Assembly (NCBI GenBank): GCA_963663865.1
Contig: OY760686.1
Span: 2,848,001 to 2,912,000, forward strand
Reading direction: 5' to 3'
DNA: 64,000 nucleotides
Source: Spirochaetota bacterium
GTDB lineage: Bacteria > Spirochaetota > UBA4802 > UBA5550
Shown: positions 37,908 through 48,600 of the stretch, one piece after another
How the letters are laid out: each line of letters begins with the position of its first letter
Position numbering within the stretch: position 1 is the stretch's first letter
Notes under the pieces: generated by a model
Databases searched by the model: none
The model's input: the letters and a program-made list of their open reading frames with translations, nothing else
What the model was told of the DNA's origin: nothing
Made by a program: the position numbers and the translations under genes

Positions 37908-40085
37908 ATGAAATCCCGTATACTCTTATCTGCTGTGCTTATTCCGGCGGCCCTCTTTCTGATATCATGCTCAGAGTCCCTTGACGAGAACGTTGCATCA
38001 CCAGTGTTCAAGCTCAAGCTCGGAACATTCTATGAAATCGAAATGTCATCCTCAACCGAAGGAGCGTCTATTGCGTACACAACCGACGGAACTGACCCGA
38101 AGGACTCTGAAAGTGCAGTGGAAGGCAGCAGCGCAGAGATAGATTACCTGACCGTCATTAAGGCCTACGCCTATAAGGACGGTATGGTCAGCTCCGATAC
38201 GGTTGAATACCGTGTCCCGTCAGCCGGGCGGTCAATCAAGCTCAGATATGCTCCGGACTACTCAATCAATTCATACACCTTTTCAATAGTTGACGAAAAC
38301 GGTGCCCCCGCTGCCAATATCAGCGTAACCGGCCCCGGCGCCGACTCCCTCTGGCTGACCGAAGATGATGTAAAGGGAGCCTGCTCTGTTAATGTGTACC
38401 AGAACGGAACTATTTCTGAGACAAGGCATTTCAGCGCACCAGGTTCTGACGGAGAGTGGCTGTCTTCAGACGACATTCTATCCGGCAGAACTGTTTACAC
38501 CCGTGACGAATCAGGGAATGTTATTGAAAAAACAGTCTATTCGGCTGACGATTCCATTGAAACAGTGACTTCGACAACCTACTCGGATGGTAACCCTGCC
38601 TCTGTCATAGTCAGACAGGGGGCCTCGGACGGAGAAATAATATCTAATTCATCATACAGCTTCACCTCAAGCGATGAGTACCGGATTAGCAGCCTCGACC
38701 CCGAGGACGGCGTTACTATCCTCGGCTACACGGACTACTTCATGAGCGGAGGCCTGACTCAGAGGGTTGAAGAGAAAGACGCCCCTGGTGAAATTCAATC
38801 AGCGCAATTATACAGCTACGAAAATACTCTGAGGCACGTCGAATACACATACAGCGGGGACTACGTTGAAGGCGCTCTCAATCAGCCGTCAGGCTTTGCC
38901 GGCTATCTCTACTACGGCGAAAGCCTCCCCGAGATGTCCGCTGTAGTAACCTCAACAGGAACAGCCGCTGAATATGAAGTCACAACAGCAGCCTACTCTC
39001 CCTCCGGGGATGAGGTTTCCTCGTCTACGGAGGGCTTCCGTCTGATAAACGGTACGCTTTACACGGTCAGCAAAACTGCAGCTGATGAGTCATGGTCCTA
39101 TGAGTTCAACGACTCGGGTCTGCCGGTAAAAAAGACCGTGATGTCAAATACGTCAGGTGCCGGAGATTCATCGTCACAGAGCCTGTTAGCCGAAGAATCA
39201 GTTTTTGAATACGACAGCCTCGGCCGCAGGATTTCAGAAGAAGCATGGACCTACACGTACAACAATACCGCAAAGATTGACTTCAGCCTTTCAGTATCCG
39301 CCGGTTACGTCGACGGAGGCTACTACTCAAGCGGCGGATACAGCTTCTCGCACGAGGGCGCTGCCATCAGCCAGCTTCCTGAAGAGGCTGAAGGCCGCAG
39401 GCAGCTCCTCAAAAGCTTCATCGAAAAACTCGGCTATATATACAAGAACATCAGCATTTCATCCAGCGGAACAGAGATTCCTGGAGAAGAGTCAGGCAGG
39501 GTATTAATTACGGCCAGGGTATCCGAAGACAACCAGGTGAAGGTGTTGTACTGCTTCGACTCATATTCCGACGGAGACATCAGCGTAAATGGTACGATTA
39601 CAGCGTCAATATCGGGGAAAATCGATCTGACTGGAAACCTCTCCGGTTCTCTTGACGGCTCAATCAGCGGATCGCTTAAGATTTCAGGCAGCGGTATTGA
39701 GCTTGATTCTGATTCATATCAGAGTTCAAGAATAATTTACACATACGAAGGTGAATCGCTTCAGCCAGCGTCAGAGTCCCATTACAGCGCGCCAGGCAAC
39801 GACGGAGTCTGGGGTACTTCAGATGATTCCGTCACAAAAACCGTCACATTCACCTATGACGTGGAAACAGGCTTAAAAACACGCTCAGTAACAGATGAGG
39901 AAGGAACAGTAACAAGTGCTTTCTTTACCTACGACGCGGACTCAAGGCTTATTTCCCGTACAGAAACAGCCGAGTTCGGAGTAATGACACGGAAATTTGA
40001 TGGTTCCGGAGAGGACAGCAACTGGCTCACAGCAGAAGACAATTCACTCGTCGAGGCTTTCTTCGAGTTTTCAGAAAGCGAGTGA
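37908..40085 (+). CDS. Acidic lipoprotein with FN3-associated/CHB_HEX_C-like domain and YD-like repeats
   Basis: Lipobox LISC; STEGASIAYTTDGTDP..IKAYAYKDG; repeats YTRDESGN, YEFNDSG, FEYDSLGR, FTYDADSR. Confidence 0.7.
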   Translation: MKSRILLSAVLIPAALFLISCSESLDENVASPVFKLKLGTFYEIEMSSSTEGASIAYTTDGTDPKDSESAVEGSSAEIDYLTVIKAYAYKDGMVSSDTVEYRVPSAGRSIKLRYAPDYSINSYTFSIVDENGAPAANISVTGPGADSLWLTEDDVKGACSVNVYQNGTISETRHFSAPGSDGEWLSSDDILSGRTVYTRDESGNVIEKTVYSADDSIETVTSTTYSDGNPASVIVRQGASDGEIISNSSYSFTSSDEYRISSLDPEDGVTILGYTDYFMSGGLTQRVEEKDAPGEIQSAQLYSYENTLRHVEYTYSGDYVEGALNQPSGFAGYLYYGESLPEMSAVVTSTGTAAEYEVTTAAYSPSGDEVSSSTEGFRLINGTLYTVSKTAADESWSYEFNDSGLPVKKTVMSNTSGAGDSSSQSLLAEESVFEYDSLGRRISEEAWTYTYNNTAKIDFSLSVSAGYVDGGYYSSGGYSFSHEGAAISQLPEEAEGRRQLLKSFIEKLGYIYKNISISSSGTEIPGEESGRVLITARVSEDNQVKVLYCFDSYSDGDISVNGTITASISGKIDLTGNLSGSLDGSISGSLKISGSGIELDSDSYQSSRIIYTYEGESLQPASESHYSAPGNDGVWGTSDDSVTKTVTFTYDVETGLKTRSVTDEEGTVTSAFFTYDADSRLISRTETAEFGVMTRKFDGSGEDSNWLTAEDNSLVEAFFEFSESE

Positions 40086-40108
40086 TTGTGCGCTTTCATT
40101 AAATCCTC

Positions 40109-40145
40109 CGGCCGGCCCTACTGAGAGGGGGCCGGCCGCTTTTTA
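40109..40145 (+). terminator. Intrinsic terminator
   Basis: GC-rich stem GGCCGGCCC..GGGCCGGCC followed by a T-run, between convergent genes. Confidence 0.7.
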
Positions 40146-41309
40146 CAGCTTTTCCCCTGACAACATTTTGCGTCTGGAACGCCTGTGAAGCTCAATGCTG
40201 ACGAGCGCCGTTATCGGCATGCTGAGAAACATTCCCATGCATCCGACAGCTGATTTGACAAGTTCACTCAAAACCGGATTGTAGTTCAACGCCAGCCAAA
40301 CGGGCATACCGGGTTCAAACTTCATCCAGATAAGAAGAACAACCGGAAGCGCTCCCCCCAGATAAGAAAAAAGAAGCGTATTGACCGTTGCTCCCAGCAT
40401 ATCGGAGCTTACGCTGAACACCGATTTAAAGGCCTGACCGGCACTGATCTCAGGATCGGTCTTGAAAATCTCATCGGCCGCTGAAGCAATAGAAATGCAC
40501 ACATCCATTATAGCCCCGAGTGCTGAAAGCACCATTCCGGACAAGGCCAGTCCTCGCAGGTCAATATCGATTCCCGACGCGTAGAAAACCGTCATCATCT
40601 CTCCTGTCACAATGCCGGAAAGATGCATCAGCCATCCCGCAAAAAGAGAAATCAGGACCGCAATTATTACCCCTGCTGAAGCACCGGTGATTGACGCGGC
40701 TGTCTTCTTTTTAAAACCCAGCATCACCGGAATCGAAATACACACTGCGGCCAGGCTTATCATAACCGTCAGAGGCAGAGGAGAACGTCCTTCAAGAGTC
40801 CCGGGGATGAGCACAACGAAAACCAGAATCATTGTGGCTATAAGGGAAAGCATTGAAAGAAGTCCGCGGAAACGTCCAACCAGAAGAACAGTCAGCGCAA
40901 AGAGAACGCCCATTATGACAATTCCTTTCGTGTTATCCACATCATATATCGATATATACTCCACGCTGTCTGCGCCCGGAATAGTTGAAATACCTATAAA
41001 AACCACATCGCCTTCGCTGTAAAACATTCCGCCTGGCATATCGTCCTCTCCCCGGTAGACCGAGACAAAATCCCTCCCGCGATGCTTTCCGTCAACCGCC
41101 CTCAAATGCACGCGAATCTCGACAGCGTTAACAGGTCCATCAATGTTATTCTTTTCTATTTTGACTACTCTTGCCCTCGCAATCTCCCGCGGGTCATAAT
41201 AGCCCTGTTTCTGCGCATATAATCCGGTCGCGGATGCGGCGAGAAATACTATTATAATCAGCTGTCTCATCAACAGGGCGGCCGTAATCGTGCGGTCTCT
41301 ACTCATCAC
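40143..41309 (-). CDS. YibE/F-family membrane protein
   Basis: ALGAIMDVCISIAS, DMLGATVNTLLFSYLGGALP; many TM helices. Confidence 0.88.
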   Translation of the reverse strand: MMSRDRTITAALLMRQLIIIVFLAASATGLYAQKQGYYDPREIARARVVKIEKNNIDGPVNAVEIRVHLRAVDGKHRGRDFVSVYRGEDDMPGGMFYSEGDVVFIGISTIPGADSVEYISIYDVDNTKGIVIMGVLFALTVLLVGRFRGLLSMLSLIATMILVFVVLIPGTLEGRSPLPLTVMISLAAVCISIPVMLGFKKKTAASITGASAGVIIAVLISLFAGWLMHLSGIVTGEMMTVFYASGIDIDLRGLALSGMVLSALGAIMDVCISIASAADEIFKTDPEISAGQAFKSVFSVSSDMLGATVNTLLFSYLGGALPVVLLIWMKFEPGMPVWLALNYNPVLSELVKSAVGCMGMFLSMPITALVSIELHRRSRRKMLSGEKL

Positions 41310-41442
41310 TCTTCATTCCTCGTTTTTTATGTATGATGAAGCTCTTGTACAGATGAAGCTTCGTGTGTCAAGCTCGAAGCCCCTGACAGGCTTAAGCCAC
41401 CTTGCACAATATCTTCCCGTTGAGCTCATGCTTCTATCTCTG

Positions 41443-41835
41443 TTATTTGTGATTGTAGAGCTTACGCGCGCAATCGTTGCACAGGGTGTGAGTCAGATCG
41501 ACAGATGATTCGTCGCGGAGCAGCTCTTCAAGCGGAATCCAGTTACCTTTGACCTCAACACTTCTGCAAGCCGAGCATATCCTGTAAAATCCAGCCAGAT
41601 GGTTAACAGCTTTAATAAATCTCGCGGCAAGAAACCATACCATCACGTTCGAAACAATTATAACTAAAGATTCCATAAGGGCCTCAACCCAGTTCACCGG
41701 AGTTGAAACAGCCCCGAAAATCACGTGGGGCATATCAACAATTTCATTAAGCCAGATAAACAGTACAATTATAAGAGTGTTGCAACACAGAAAAAGAGTA
41801 ATCTTATTTTGAATCCCCTTCTTGCTGATTTTCAT
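41443..41835 (-). CDS. Small two-TM protein with C-terminal Cys/His zinc-ribbon-like domain
   Basis: GGAGG before ATG at 41835; ICSACRSV..W..THTLCNDC. Confidence 0.7.
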   Translation of the reverse strand: MKISKKGIQNKITLFLCCNTLIIVLFIWLNEIVDMPHVIFGAVSTPVNWVEALMESLVIIVSNVMVWFLAARFIKAVNHLAGFYRICSACRSVEVKGNWIPLEELLRDESSVDLTHTLCNDCARKLYNHK

Positions 41836-42055
41836 AGTTCCTCCGGCAAATATCATTTCGGATTGATAAAGCATATTTCCAATCCGGAAATAAACAATAA
41901 AAAAACCTATATGCAATCGGTAATTATCATCAACCCGGCAAAACACGTCTGCAATCTCCCGAAATTATTCCGGCGAAGAAAGGCAATATACTTGACTAAT
42001 TATTATGGAGGATGTAATCTACAACGATACTAATATTACCGGAGGATGTTTGTCC

Positions 42056-42613
42056 ATGAAAAAAATCAAGATGCTAACAGCCGCTCTGGCTCTCCTCGCA
42101 CTGCTGCCGACAGCCGGCTTTGCTCTGGCCGATATCTCAGCTTTCGGCGGATACTCATGGGGCACAAGCGATACAATTGACCCAAGCGGCTTTCAGTACG
42201 GGTTTGACGCTCACATTAACACAGAGTTCCTTTACTTCTTCCAGCTCGGATTGGGCGGGTTCTACAAAAAATCGGACATGGAGCTCTCGTATTTTGACAG
42301 AGATGTTGATTACAACAGAAGTACCGCGGGAATTGACGCTTATGCCCAGCTTGAGCTTCCGCTTATCCCCATTGACCCTTACGTCAGGTTCAGATCGGCA
42401 GTATGGGAAAAGGTCAGCGGGCAGGTTATAGACAACACTGAATACTTCAAATCCTATTCAGTTGGAGGGGGCATCTTCCTGACAGTTCTTCCAGTTCCTG
42501 GAGTAATAAAGCTTCAGCTCTTCGGCGAATACCTCTACGACATAACGAAACAGGATGGCCATAAAGTCAACGGCCACACCTTCAACCTGGGAGTAAGAGC
42601 GGACGTTCTCTGA
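42056..42613 (+). CDS. Small outer-membrane beta-barrel protein
   Basis: GGAGG RBS; MKK signal peptide; about 8 amphipathic strands ending HTFNLGVRADVL. Confidence 0.7.
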   Translation: MKKIKMLTAALALLALLPTAGFALADISAFGGYSWGTSDTIDPSGFQYGFDAHINTEFLYFFQLGLGGFYKKSDMELSYFDRDVDYNRSTAGIDAYAQLELPLIPIDPYVRFRSAVWEKVSGQVIDNTEYFKSYSVGGGIFLTVLPVPGVIKLQLFGEYLYDITKQDGHKVNGHTFNLGVRADVL

Positions 42614-42640
42614 CGATTAACCACAGCTCAAAAATATACT

Positions 42641-42668
42641 AAAAAAGGGGATAAATATCCCCTTTTTT
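42641..42668. terminator. Bidirectional intrinsic terminator
   Basis: AAAAAAGGGGATA-AA-TATCCCCTTTTTT between convergent genes. Confidence 0.85.
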
Positions 42669-42671
42669 ATT

Positions 42672-45275
42672 TTACTGGTGCTCATCGGGCATCAGCTCTA
42701 CTACCCTGTCTCTGAACTCAACAGCCCTTTTGCGGTTCGCGAGGGACACCTCGGTGTTCTTCCTTCCCGGCGCCGTCTCCTTCAGGATGCCAATATCAGC
42801 AAGTCTGTCGAGACATCCTTCATATCCGGAAGTGAGCAGGGATTCAGCGAGTTTAATCCTTCCGAGATGATACATCTTCAGAGCGTTCTTCCTTGTTTCT
42901 ATAACTACATCTTTTCGGGCGGTTTTACCCCGTTTCAAGGCAGATACCGTGTCTGCAGCGGCATAGTAGGACTCAAAGCTGTCTCGGATAATCCCCGCAA
43001 ATCCTTTTATCTCGGGAGAAGCTCCGTCATTGAGCTTTATTTTTTTTCTGGATACAGTGAGAAACCCCTTTGACTGAAAATAGTTCAGGGCCTCCTTGAA
43101 ACCGCCGCCAGCCGCATCCATAACTCCGGAATAGATAAATTCCTTAGCAAAGAGTTCCCTTATCTCGGAATAGATTGACGAGACCGACCCGATGTCCATC
43201 CGTCCCTCTCTCTCGGCCTTAAGAATCGCTGAAGAGAAAAAGGCAGGCGGAAGCAGGTAGTGTATCATTGTGTTGCGGTAGAAACTGATTCTTCCTCTTT
43301 GTTCCTCGTCGATAACGATTACATCCTCAGCTTCAGCCCGCCCTTCTCTGGCCGAAGCCTCTATCTCAACATCGAGACTTTTAAGTATTCCATCGTCTCT
43401 GAACGACTTGATTACGTAATCAACCGCTGCTTTGAGCTCAGCCCCATTACCCGCTAATGATTCAGCCATGGGAGCGCCGCAGTATTTCAGATAGCCGTAA
43501 ATCATCGAAAGTCTTGCATCGAGTATCTTTCTTGAAAAGCCTCTTGAAGATGAGAGCAGTATTGCGGCCGTCGTCATAGCAAAAGGAGTAACAACTGCTA
43601 TCTCGTTAATGCGTTTTGTTATATGCTCCGCGAATGCCGCCGGAAGTTCGTCGCCTTTTTTTTCCTTCTTTTTAAAATCAGCGAGACTGATAGGGTCGTC
43701 AAACGAAACATAGACCTTCCCGTAATTCCTTTTAAGAAGCTTACGGCTCTTGAAGAATGCCCCGGTTGTTTCTCTGTTCTTCTCCTTACCCTTAAGCTCC
43801 TTGTCGTAGGAACCCTCTTCGAGGACCCTGTCATAGTTTATGCTGACAGGAACAAAGTTAAGATCACGGCTGTAGCCCTCGAGCTGAGCGTCAATCAGGT
43901 ATTTAAGAACGCCAATTTTTGGAAACAGAACACGGCCGGTTCTTGTCCTGCCGCCCTCTATAAAAAACTCAATGCTGTAGCCCTCGCTGATAAGCGTTTT
44001 CAGGTACTGTTTAAACACCATCGTATAAAGGTCTAAGCCCTTGAAAGACCGTCTGACAAAATATGCCCCCGACTTTCTGAAAATAAGCCCCATAGGGAAA
44101 AAGCTGAGATTAACTCCGGCGTGAACATGAGGAGGCATCAGCATATTCTGGTAAAAAAGCGTTGAGACGATCAGATAGTCCATGTGGCTTTTATGCGCAG
44201 GCACAATAATCAGGGGGGCCTTCTGAGACGCCTCTCTAAGCTTCCTGAAATCATCGCTGTTGTACTGTATGCCGTCAAAGATCTTTCTGAATACTGTAGA
44301 CAGTATTGAATCAAAAACCTTAATGTAAACGATTGAAAAGTCCGAGGCAATTTCATTGTAGTACTTAAAAGCGCTGCGTCTCAGCTTCTTCTCATGTCCT
44401 CTGCGTCCTGAAGAAAGTTTCTTTATTTCATTAAGTACATTTTTATGATAAAGCACTTTCTCCATCATCTCACCGCGGTTTTTAATTATCGGGCCGAGAA
44501 CTGAGCGCTTCTCATTGTTGTAAATCTCTAATATTCGCGAACGTATCGATGAGGTAACCCTGGCAACATCGCGTGTAGATAATTTAGCTATCTCTTCCTT
44601 GAGATTGATCGGCTTTGGAATTCTAATGAAGCCCGGTGTCAGGCTTTTAAGTGTGGTAATGAGACCGGCAAAAAAACCCATATCTCCGGTCGGTTCAAGC
44701 TTGGCTATTGCTCCCGACCTCTCAGGATTTCTGTTCCAGAAAAGAAGCTGCGGAAAGACATATATCGGCTCTTTTGTCTTTTTTTGGATTTCTATGAGCT
44801 GCTGAAGATTATCGGTCTTGATATCGACATAACGTCTCATAAACAGGCTGGCTGAGAGAAAGGAGAGACAGATACATCCTCCTTTTGAAATAACATCAGC
44901 GGCAAGCTCTTCATCAGTAACACGCCTGTCCCGCTCCGGGCTGAAAACAGCAACAAGCCTCGACACGCCCCTAATAATAAAAGAGCCGATCCTCTGAGTA
45001 AAATACGGACTGAATCCCACTGCAAATTCAGGAACAGGCAGCCCCTCCTTCCTGAGGAGGTTTGTAAAAATTACAAGCGAGGTTGTTGAACTCTGAAGTG
45101 ACGCGTAAACAATTCTGCCTTTTGAGGAATATTCGCGGAGTGTTTCCAGCGTCTCATCGTCGAAAACGAATTTGGTAAAAATTGATCCGACAATAAGTTC
45201 GTAAAAAGCTCCGATACTCTTTCGCAAAATACCGCCGGAAATATATGAAGTGCTTCCCTTTTCAATTGTCTGCAT
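42672..45275 (-). CDS. plsB: Glycerol-3-phosphate acyltransferase, PlsB-like
   Basis: PAHKSHMDYL (HX4D), GAYFVRRSF, FFIEGGRTRTG, VPVSINYDRVLE. Confidence 0.88.
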   Translation of the reverse strand: MQTIEKGSTSYISGGILRKSIGAFYELIVGSIFTKFVFDDETLETLREYSSKGRIVYASLQSSTTSLVIFTNLLRKEGLPVPEFAVGFSPYFTQRIGSFIIRGVSRLVAVFSPERDRRVTDEELAADVISKGGCICLSFLSASLFMRRYVDIKTDNLQQLIEIQKKTKEPIYVFPQLLFWNRNPERSGAIAKLEPTGDMGFFAGLITTLKSLTPGFIRIPKPINLKEEIAKLSTRDVARVTSSIRSRILEIYNNEKRSVLGPIIKNRGEMMEKVLYHKNVLNEIKKLSSGRRGHEKKLRRSAFKYYNEIASDFSIVYIKVFDSILSTVFRKIFDGIQYNSDDFRKLREASQKAPLIIVPAHKSHMDYLIVSTLFYQNMLMPPHVHAGVNLSFFPMGLIFRKSGAYFVRRSFKGLDLYTMVFKQYLKTLISEGYSIEFFIEGGRTRTGRVLFPKIGVLKYLIDAQLEGYSRDLNFVPVSINYDRVLEEGSYDKELKGKEKNRETTGAFFKSRKLLKRNYGKVYVSFDDPISLADFKKKEKKGDELPAAFAEHITKRINEIAVVTPFAMTTAAILLSSSRGFSRKILDARLSMIYGYLKYCGAPMAESLAGNGAELKAAVDYVIKSFRDDGILKSLDVEIEASAREGRAEAEDVIVIDEEQRGRISFYRNTMIHYLLPPAFFSSAILKAEREGRMDIGSVSSIYSEIRELFAKEFIYSGVMDAAGGGFKEALNYFQSKGFLTVSRKKIKLNDGASPEIKGFAGIIRDSFESYYAAADTVSALKRGKTARKDVVIETRKNALKMYHLGRIKLAESLLTSGYEGCLDRLADIGILKETAPGRKNTEVSLANRKRAVEFRDRVVELMPDEHQ

Positions 45276-45284
45276 GAAATTCCC

Positions 45285-45620
45285 TTACAGTATCTGGTCT
45301 TCGGAGCTCAGAACAGTAAAAAATTCATCCAGTCCTACCATTTCGAGCAGGGAACTCACATTCTCAGTCACTCCAAGGAGAACCAGCTCGGCACCGGCAT
45401 CCGTCAACCTGTCCTTAATGAAAATGAGCTCTCCCAGGCCTGAACTGTTAAGGTATCTTTTCCTGCTCATGTCAAAGGCAATCTTTCCCGGAAGCTGCGG
45501 AACGAGCTTGAGTATTTCCTCAACAAACCTGTCAACATCCTCTTCAATAAGAGCGCCATCAATACTGTCAATCTCCACAATAAGGCTTTTTTCATTGTAG
45601 TAGCGGTGTGCAATAAGCAT
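45285..45620 (-). CDS. STAS-domain anti-anti-sigma factor
   Basis: FDMSRKRYLNSSGLGELI..LLEMVGLD. Confidence 0.85.
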   Translation of the reverse strand: MLIAHRYYNEKSLIVEIDSIDGALIEEDVDRFVEEILKLVPQLPGKIAFDMSRKRYLNSSGLGELIFIKDRLTDAGAELVLLGVTENVSSLLEMVGLDEFFTVLSSEDQIL

Positions 45621-45825
45621 TCGTGATCCCTCGTCATTTAGTTATCGGGCCGGCTGCCCGAGTATGACTGTATATACTATAATCTTTATTGTCAGCTAAA
45701 TAGACAAGAATTAATTCAATACAGGGCTAAAAAGAAGCCTACCCTTTCAATCAAAAAAAAGTATATATATTCGAAATAATAATTGAAAATGTAGATATAT
45801 CATGGGGGATTGACTCATCATAATA

Positions 45826-45899
45826 CGGGATGTAGCGCAGCCAGGTAGCGCGCTTCGTTCGGGACGAAGAAGCCGGGAGTTCGAATCTCCCCATCCCGA
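45826..45899 (+). tRNA. tRNA-Pro (CGG)
   Basis: Acceptor stem CGGGATG/CATCCCG; anticodon arm CTTCG-TT CGG GA-CGAAG; GTTCGAAT T-loop; CCA not encoded. Confidence 0.96.
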
Positions 45900-46003
45900 A
45901 TTACGATATTTTCCACTTCTGCTGTATTTTTTTTCCTTGCTTTATTAAGCTGTACAACCGCATAGTTTGGCTTTAATATATCGCATATACGGAAGCCGGG
46001 GAA

Positions 46004-46411
46004 ATGAGTCTGATCCTATCCGAACAATACCATTCCGACAAAAATACAAAAAAATCATCCGTAGACTCTGTATTCGACGCAATAATGTTAAGCGATGCCT
46101 CTCTGGGCATTGGCGAAGACGAACTTTACCTGGTTATTGACGAAGCCATGACTAACGCCATGGAACATGGAAACAGATGGGACCCGTCGCTGACAATCAC
46201 GGTATCGGCAGAACTCCAGAAAGACTTTCTCAGCATAACAATTGAGGACAGAGGAGAAGGATTCAACTCACAGGATGTAAACATATTCTCCAGTATTGAC
46301 AATAAGCTTAAACGGAGAGGAAGAGGGCTTTATATTATCAAGCAGTTTGCTCTAACCAGGTGGAACGATTCAGGAAACTGTATAACACTTGAATTCAGAA
46401 CGAGAAATTAA
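46004..46411 (+). CDS. RsbW/SpoIIAB-like anti-sigma Ser kinase (HATPase_c_2)
   Basis: LVIDEAMTNAMEHGN, IEDRGEGF, RGRGLYII, WNDSGN. Confidence 0.88.
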   Translation: MSLILSEQYHSDKNTKKSSVDSVFDAIMLSDASLGIGEDELYLVIDEAMTNAMEHGNRWDPSLTITVSAELQKDFLSITIEDRGEGFNSQDVNIFSSIDNKLKRRGRGLYIIKQFALTRWNDSGNCITLEFRTRN

Positions 46412-46550
46412 TAGTGTGTTTGAAAAACTTTGACATTCACTCAATCTCTGCTTACATTCAGGATTGTTCGCAATAACCGTTAAATTAACTTAATAATATT
46501 TGACTTAAAACCGTTATAATTACAACTGATACACGTGCAAAGGTAGGGAA

Positions 46551-46847
46551 ATGCTTAATATCAGCGATACAGGCGATGAAAGGTATTTTGTGCTCAAAGG
46601 GGACAACATCTCCGCGGGACTTAGCCAGTTAGAAGACGCGCTGAACTCGTTCACACGCGAGGACAAGCGGAACGCTGTCATAGACCTCAGGAACGTAACC
46701 CGGATTGATTCAATGTCACTTGCTGCGATCATCAGGGTGAAAAACAGGCTTGCCTCAACAGGAAGAAGCCTTGAATTAATAAACCCCACGGAAGGCGTTC
46801 TCAGAGTACTTCAGCTTGCCGGCCTTGATGAATTCCTTATGGATTAA
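46551..46847 (+). CDS. STAS-domain anti-anti-sigma factor
   Basis: VIDLRNVTRIDSMSLAAI..VLRVLQLAGLD. Confidence 0.88.
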   Translation: MLNISDTGDERYFVLKGDNISAGLSQLEDALNSFTREDKRNAVIDLRNVTRIDSMSLAAIIRVKNRLASTGRSLELINPTEGVLRVLQLAGLDEFLMD

Positions 46848-46947
46848 GCCGGTTACATATCCGGACTCTCCCGAAACCGAATTTCCAGCCGAAGCATCCG
46901 GCCTTTTGCCGCGTTGCCGGCTATAACACGCATTACAAGGAGTATAA

Positions 46948-48600
46948 ATGAAAAAGCTTAACAGGATGAATAAAATCGAGAGAAAAGGCCCGGTTGTCCT
47001 TGTCATCATGGACGGAGTGGGTATAGGCAAAAAAGACGAAGGAGACGCATTTTTTAACGCCCGCACTCCCCTTCTCAACAGCATTATGCAAAACTGTATC
47101 AATACAACACTTAAGGCCCATGGAATGGCTGTCGGCCTTCCCTCTGACGACGATATGGGCAACTCTGAGGTTGGCCACAACGCCCTCGGAGCAGGAAGGG
47201 TCTTCGCTCAGGGCGCAAAGCTTGTAAACAAGGCCATCGAAACAGGCGCCATATTCGAATCTGATACATGGAAAGAGCTTACAAAGTCTCCCTCAAAGGG
47301 CAGCGCAGCTCTCCACTTCATAGGCCTTCTGTCAGACGGCAACATCCACTCTCACACCGATCATCTTTTCAAGATGATCGAAAAAGCCGCGTTAGACGGC
47401 GTCAAAAGGCTGCGGCTCCATATTCTGCTCGACGGACGCGACGTGCCTGAGACATCAGCTCATATCTACTTAGGCCAGGCTGAAAAATTTCTCGAAGCTT
47501 TCACATCAAAGGGCCTTGACTTCCGAATAGCATCCGGCGGCGGAAGAATGATAACTACAATGGACAGGTATGAAGCTGACTGGAGCATTGTAAAGCGCGG
47601 GTGGGACGCACATGTGCTCGGAAAGGCACGCCCCTTCAGATCGGCCATGGAAGCTCTTGAGACTTTTCGCAGTGAAGACCCCTCAATAACCGACCAGTAT
47701 CTCCCGTCTTTCACCATTGTTGATGATAACGGCCCGGTTGGCACCGTTGAAGACGGAGACTCAGTCATCTTCTACAACTTCAGAGGCGACAGATCAATTG
47801 AGATATCACGGGCATTTGAAGAAAAGGACTTCGACAAGTTTGACAGAGAACGATTTCCGGAATGTGTCTTTGCGGGTATGATGGAGTACGATGGAGACCT
47901 GCATATTCCCTCAAGGTATCTCGTAACTCCGCCGGCTATTGATAAAACCCTGAGTGAATATCTTGCGAATACCGGCGTTAAACAGTACGCTGTCTCCGAA
48001 ACACAAAAATACGGGCATGTAACGTACTTCTGGAACGGAAACAGGAGCGGCAAGTTCAACGACTCGCTTGAGGAATACAGAGAAATACCTTCAGACAGAA
48101 TAGAGTTCAACCAGCGCCCCTGGATGAAGGCCGCTGAGATAACTGACAGCACGATTGAAGCGCTGAAAAGCGGGCAGTTCGGATTTATCAGGCTGAACTA
48201 CCCCAACGGAGACATGGTCGGACACACAGGTGACCTTGAGGCTTCAATAATCGCGGCTGAGACTCTTGACATCTGCCTGAAGCGTCTGCTTCCGGCGGTA
48301 AAAGAAGCCGGCGGTATAGCCCTTATCACAGCAGACCATGGCAACCTTGAAGAGATGTTTGAGATGGACAAAAAGTCCGGGGCTCCGGCTGTCGACAGCG
48401 AAACCGGTCAATTTAAAAAGAAAACAGCTCATACACTAAACAAAGTACCAGCAATTGTTTACGATCCAAATTTCGGGGGGGAATATGAACTTTCCGAAGT
48501 TGAGGAACCTGGACTTGGAAATGTAGCGGCTACCCTTCTGACGCTTATGGACTACGAGGTTCCGGAAGGATATCTGCCTTCGATAATCAAGTACCGTTAA
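46948..48600 (+). CDS. gpmI: 2,3-bisphosphoglycerate-independent phosphoglycerate mutase
   Basis: MDGVG, MGNSEVGH, LDGRD, NFRGDR, SETQKYGHVTYF, NGDMVGHTG, TADHGN. Confidence 0.97.
   Translation: MKKLNRMNKIERKGPVVLVIMDGVGIGKKDEGDAFFNARTPLLNSIMQNCINTTLKAHGMAVGLPSDDDMGNSEVGHNALGAGRVFAQGAKLVNKAIETGAIFESDTWKELTKSPSKGSAALHFIGLLSDGNIHSHTDHLFKMIEKAALDGVKRLRLHILLDGRDVPETSAHIYLGQAEKFLEAFTSKGLDFRIASGGGRMITTMDRYEADWSIVKRGWDAHVLGKARPFRSAMEALETFRSEDPSITDQYLPSFTIVDDNGPVGTVEDGDSVIFYNFRGDRSIEISRAFEEKDFDKFDRERFPECVFAGMMEYDGDLHIPSRYLVTPPAIDKTLSEYLANTGVKQYAVSETQKYGHVTYFWNGNRSGKFNDSLEEYREIPSDRIEFNQRPWMKAAEITDSTIEALKSGQFGFIRLNYPNGDMVGHTGDLEASIIAAETLDICLKRLLPAVKEAGGIALITADHGNLEEMFEMDKKSGAPAVDSETGQFKKKTAHTLNKVPAIVYDPNFGGEYELSEVEEPGLGNVAATLLTLMDYEVPEGYLPSIIKYR

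Noticed and set aside
41997-42049. Two similar TAAT..TA..GGAGGATGT motifs before the small barrel gene (CsrA-like sites?)
   Set aside because: One is simply the SD sequence; two short imperfect copies are too weak to call.
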